64,000 nucleotides of DNA from contig JBHGNT010000011.1 of assembly GCA_043228905.1 (NCBI GenBank), forward strand, positions 15,996,001 to 16,060,000, written 5' to 3'. Below, one piece after another: positions 60,523 to 64,000 of this stretch (its first letter is position 1; each line of letters starts with the position of its first letter). Source of the stretch: Azolla caroliniana (Eukaryota > Plantae > Polypodiophyta). The translations under genes and the position numbers were made by a program. Under the pieces are notes generated by a model. The model searched no databases. It saw only the letters and a program-made list of their open reading frames with translations, and had not been told where the DNA came from.

Positions 60523-63500
60523 ACATGAATTCTAGTAAAGGCAAAAGAGCATTTTGTGATTAATGGAACGATCAGAATCTGCAATGCATTGTTATGTTGG
60601 ATGTTTTCTGGATGCTTCCAAAAAGAAATCTCAAGAGGTACATGCACATCACCCTCGTATTTTCTTACAAGGGGATGATACGAAGTCACAACTTTTATGA
60701 AGCTCATTGCCAACTCTTGCAGCTCATCAAATCCAGGGAATGGGATAAGATGGAAATTTTCTACATGATGTCCCATGCACCATCACTCATCTCATAATAG
60801 ATGAAAATGTGTACATATAGAATTCATCTTTTATGGCTTCCATATACTTGCAAATTCTGAATGGCTTTTCATTGGCACCAATGACTTATTTGTATGTATT
60901 TTCATGATTCTGACATACATTCATTAAAATGTTCACCCTAGCACATAACATGCTGATGGTGGATGTGCTCTGAGCAAGGTCTAAAGATTGTCCTTCAAAG
61001 ACATCACTCTATACGGAATATATATCATGAGGATTTGACAAACTTTATTCAAAACGGAAATGCTAATACAATTATGAGTCTAGATTGTTTACACTTATTT
61101 ATTTCAGTCAAAATGTTGTTTTATGGATAGATTTTCCAGCTAGAGTGAAATAACTGTAATTTGCCGAACAAGAAAACATATAATGGCAGCTACGATTACC
61201 TTTCAAGACGAAACAAAAGAAAAACTCCTTAAATGCTAGTATGTACATACAGCTATTATAATCGCCTCTGAAAATGTAAAAGATGAGTTATGAGCTTTGA
61301 ACCTTCCCCAAGGATTTCTTCTTTTTTCTTTCTTGATCACAATATCATTATCAGTACATATCTATATAACCACATGATCATATTGATATAAGTTTGTGAC
61401 TCACTATCCATTATGTGACATATATCTAGATAAATTATAGTTATAATATACAAAGGTTTAAATACACAATGCTTGTTATATAGGATGTCTGCATACAAAG
61501 GCACTGTAAATGAATATTGGATTCATTTACATACATGGATCTAGCACAATCAATGAGACAAGAAGTTTTTAAACAAATCCAAGGGTTGGATATGCAATAA
61601 ACATAAAGTTTAAGGTATAGATACTTAATATTTTCTTGTATACATGAAGGCAAAAACGTTTTTAGAAATTCCTTGGTATTATTATAATTACATTTCCAAT
61701 CATTGCTGGAAAGATTCCTCCAAATAAATATTCAAATCATTATTTGAATGTATCATTCCAAATAATTTTGAGTAAAGAACATGTAAAAAAACTCCCTGTT
61801 CTAATGTGTTTTCACACATTAATGCCGATTGCTAAAACTTAGATAAACGATCAAAGAATTTCCCAAATTTAGGTTATATATGGCATGCTCAAGCAACAGA
61901 GAGATAAGTAATCCAATATTGAAAGACTACTCATGAAGCTTAGGACTTTTCAAAAAAGAAGCTTATGTGAAATCTATTAGATTCATTTTTTATGAAAGAC
62001 TAGAAAGGAAATATCGTGTGCATGTGTTGATTGATTGACATGGAAGCTAAGATGAGAAAATTGACTTTTGAGTACAAATATTCAAAACACTTTAAAAGGA
62101 CACAACAAAAATACAATGTAAACCTTAAAGAAGACCGTAAGGGTGTAGGAAAACATTGATGTCAATTGTCTAGAGCCATTGTTGATCGAAAAATTAAGTG
62201 CATTTTTATTATTATGAACTGTGAAGCTATATGAAAGTTTTTAGTATATGCTTAAACTCATTACTTAATACTAGAACTTCCAAGATGGAGTGCCAGTTTT
62301 TATCATGAATCATGACAAACAAACCTTCACATTCTACCTTGTTAATATGCACACATAGTGCAACCATTTATAGAAAACATTCTCTTCGTACAAGCATACC
62401 TTATAGAAATTTTACAATGTCAATCAGTTTTAATACCCTAATCGAATTATCCAAGTCAAATTTAGTGATTGCTTTCTTCAAATTTATATCTTGTGACTTT
62501 ACCACTTCACTACAAGTGTGTACCATCAGCAACTGAACATTGCGGTCTTATACTTGGTCCGACTACCAACAAATGTTTTTTGAGTTGAACTATGCTTGCC
62601 AGGCTAGATAGATCTCCATGAATTTACTTCTCTGTTAAGTTCCTAACAATTTATTTTCTCTTTAAAAATATTTAGTGCTCAACTTGTCTTGTATAATGAG
62701 ATATCGGTTGCATTTCAAGGTGGTTCATTATCCTATGCAATGTATGCTCTCTCCTCATTGATATTCTTCATAAACATAACTTTAGTTTTGGAGCTATTGG
62801 CACAACCCAATGTACATCCAAAAGTTTTCCAATGAACTCATAACCTTTTTGTGCATATTCAAATACATATGTTTTGTCTATTCTTGTGCCCATTGTTTTG
62901 ACATTTGTGATTGATGACTTGGGAAAACATTGGCTATTCAATAAAAATTGATATTCATGGTGCACACTAATAGTGTCTATCATAAGTTGGAGAGAAATCT
63001 TGGTTGGTGAAGGAGCCACTTACATGGCACATTAATCAATGCATACAATAGTGCATCAAGTGTTAGACAAGTTATGGCAATCTCATTTTCCATTCTGTAG
63101 AAAATTGCTTGCTAGTGATGAGCGGGTCTCCTTGGGCAATGACTTTAAATGTGACTCGTTTATTACATGTTTTTCCATGCAATTGAGGGAAATGCCAAGC
63201 ACAAACTCATGTCAAACAATTTGGGCTTATCTATCCACAATATCCTCAATAATGTGCAGTTGGGAGTTTAAGCGAGAGTAACAAGGCATGTCTCCTAAAG
63301 TTGAAGGATGCAAGTGGAGATTTTCTCCTCAATGAGGTGCTTTTCCTATCTATTGGCACTTCAACATGTGCCATGTAGTGGAAATGCTAAATTAACCATA
63401 ATTTCAATGCATTTTGTTTCACGTCCAATTAAGGATAGTATACATTGAGAGAGGGAAGGGGAGAGAATCATGCATTCTTGACATCATAACTGTTAAGCAT

Positions 63501-64000
63501 TTAAAGATCATGGGGTTGTGAGTTCAAACTTCAATTCACAAATGCAGCATGTAGTTCAGGACAAGTGCTATATGGTGTGACAAAGATTGTGAAAGCAAGA
63601 TAAGAACCAAGACCTCTTGTTAACAGCCTAATAGCTTTTGAACCCAATACCTTGCATTGAAGATATGATAGCTTTTGAGCATTAAGACCTAGTGTTTATA
63701 GCCTGATACCTTACTAGGTAGGGTTCGTCAATTATGAAAGGAATTTGAGATGGAAAGAGGGAGAACAATAATTATTCCGTAGTTTCAAACAATTAGGATG
63801 CATCTTCTACAATAATGACTCAAAAGTGATGACGAGATCCACAGAAGGGAGGGAGGGTGTATATTAGAGTTCTACCTCCCTCTACAACATTAGACTTTAA
63901 TGGAGAGTTGCCTCAGAGAGGATAAAGACATAACTTATAAAGTTTGCGAAACTTGTGTAGCCAAGGATTTGAGAAGAGAAGGTGAGAATGAATTCTCCCC

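Noticed and set aside
62300-63500. Possible decayed coding/transposase sequence on the minus strand
   Set aside because: Many stops and no motif I could recognise; needs BLASTX.

Overview
Eukaryotic (land-plant, probably bryophyte/non-seed plant - inferred from gene and TE types) nuclear DNA. 134-12366: a complete tandem array of eleven 1105-bp units, each with two intact minus-strand tRNA-Ala genes (AGC and TGC) plus several degenerate, head-to-tail tRNA-Ala derivatives, two of which carry a ~69-bp insert. Then a 19-exon DNA primase large subunit gene (13552-18694) with E2F sites, decayed LINEs, an intronless GC-rich membrane/ARM-repeat gene (29916-32870), a ~20-kb nested TE island (L1 remnant with a solo LTR, a chromodomain Ty3/gypsy, a hAT MITE, and an RTE-X-like LINE interrupted by a GC-rich, tRNA-Trp-primed Ty3/gypsy with a predicted -1 frameshift), and a 6-exon organellar peptide deformylase gene (55659-60522). 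The most unusual object is the tRNA-Ala array and its possible Pol III read-through cassette. All calls were made by eye, without database searches.
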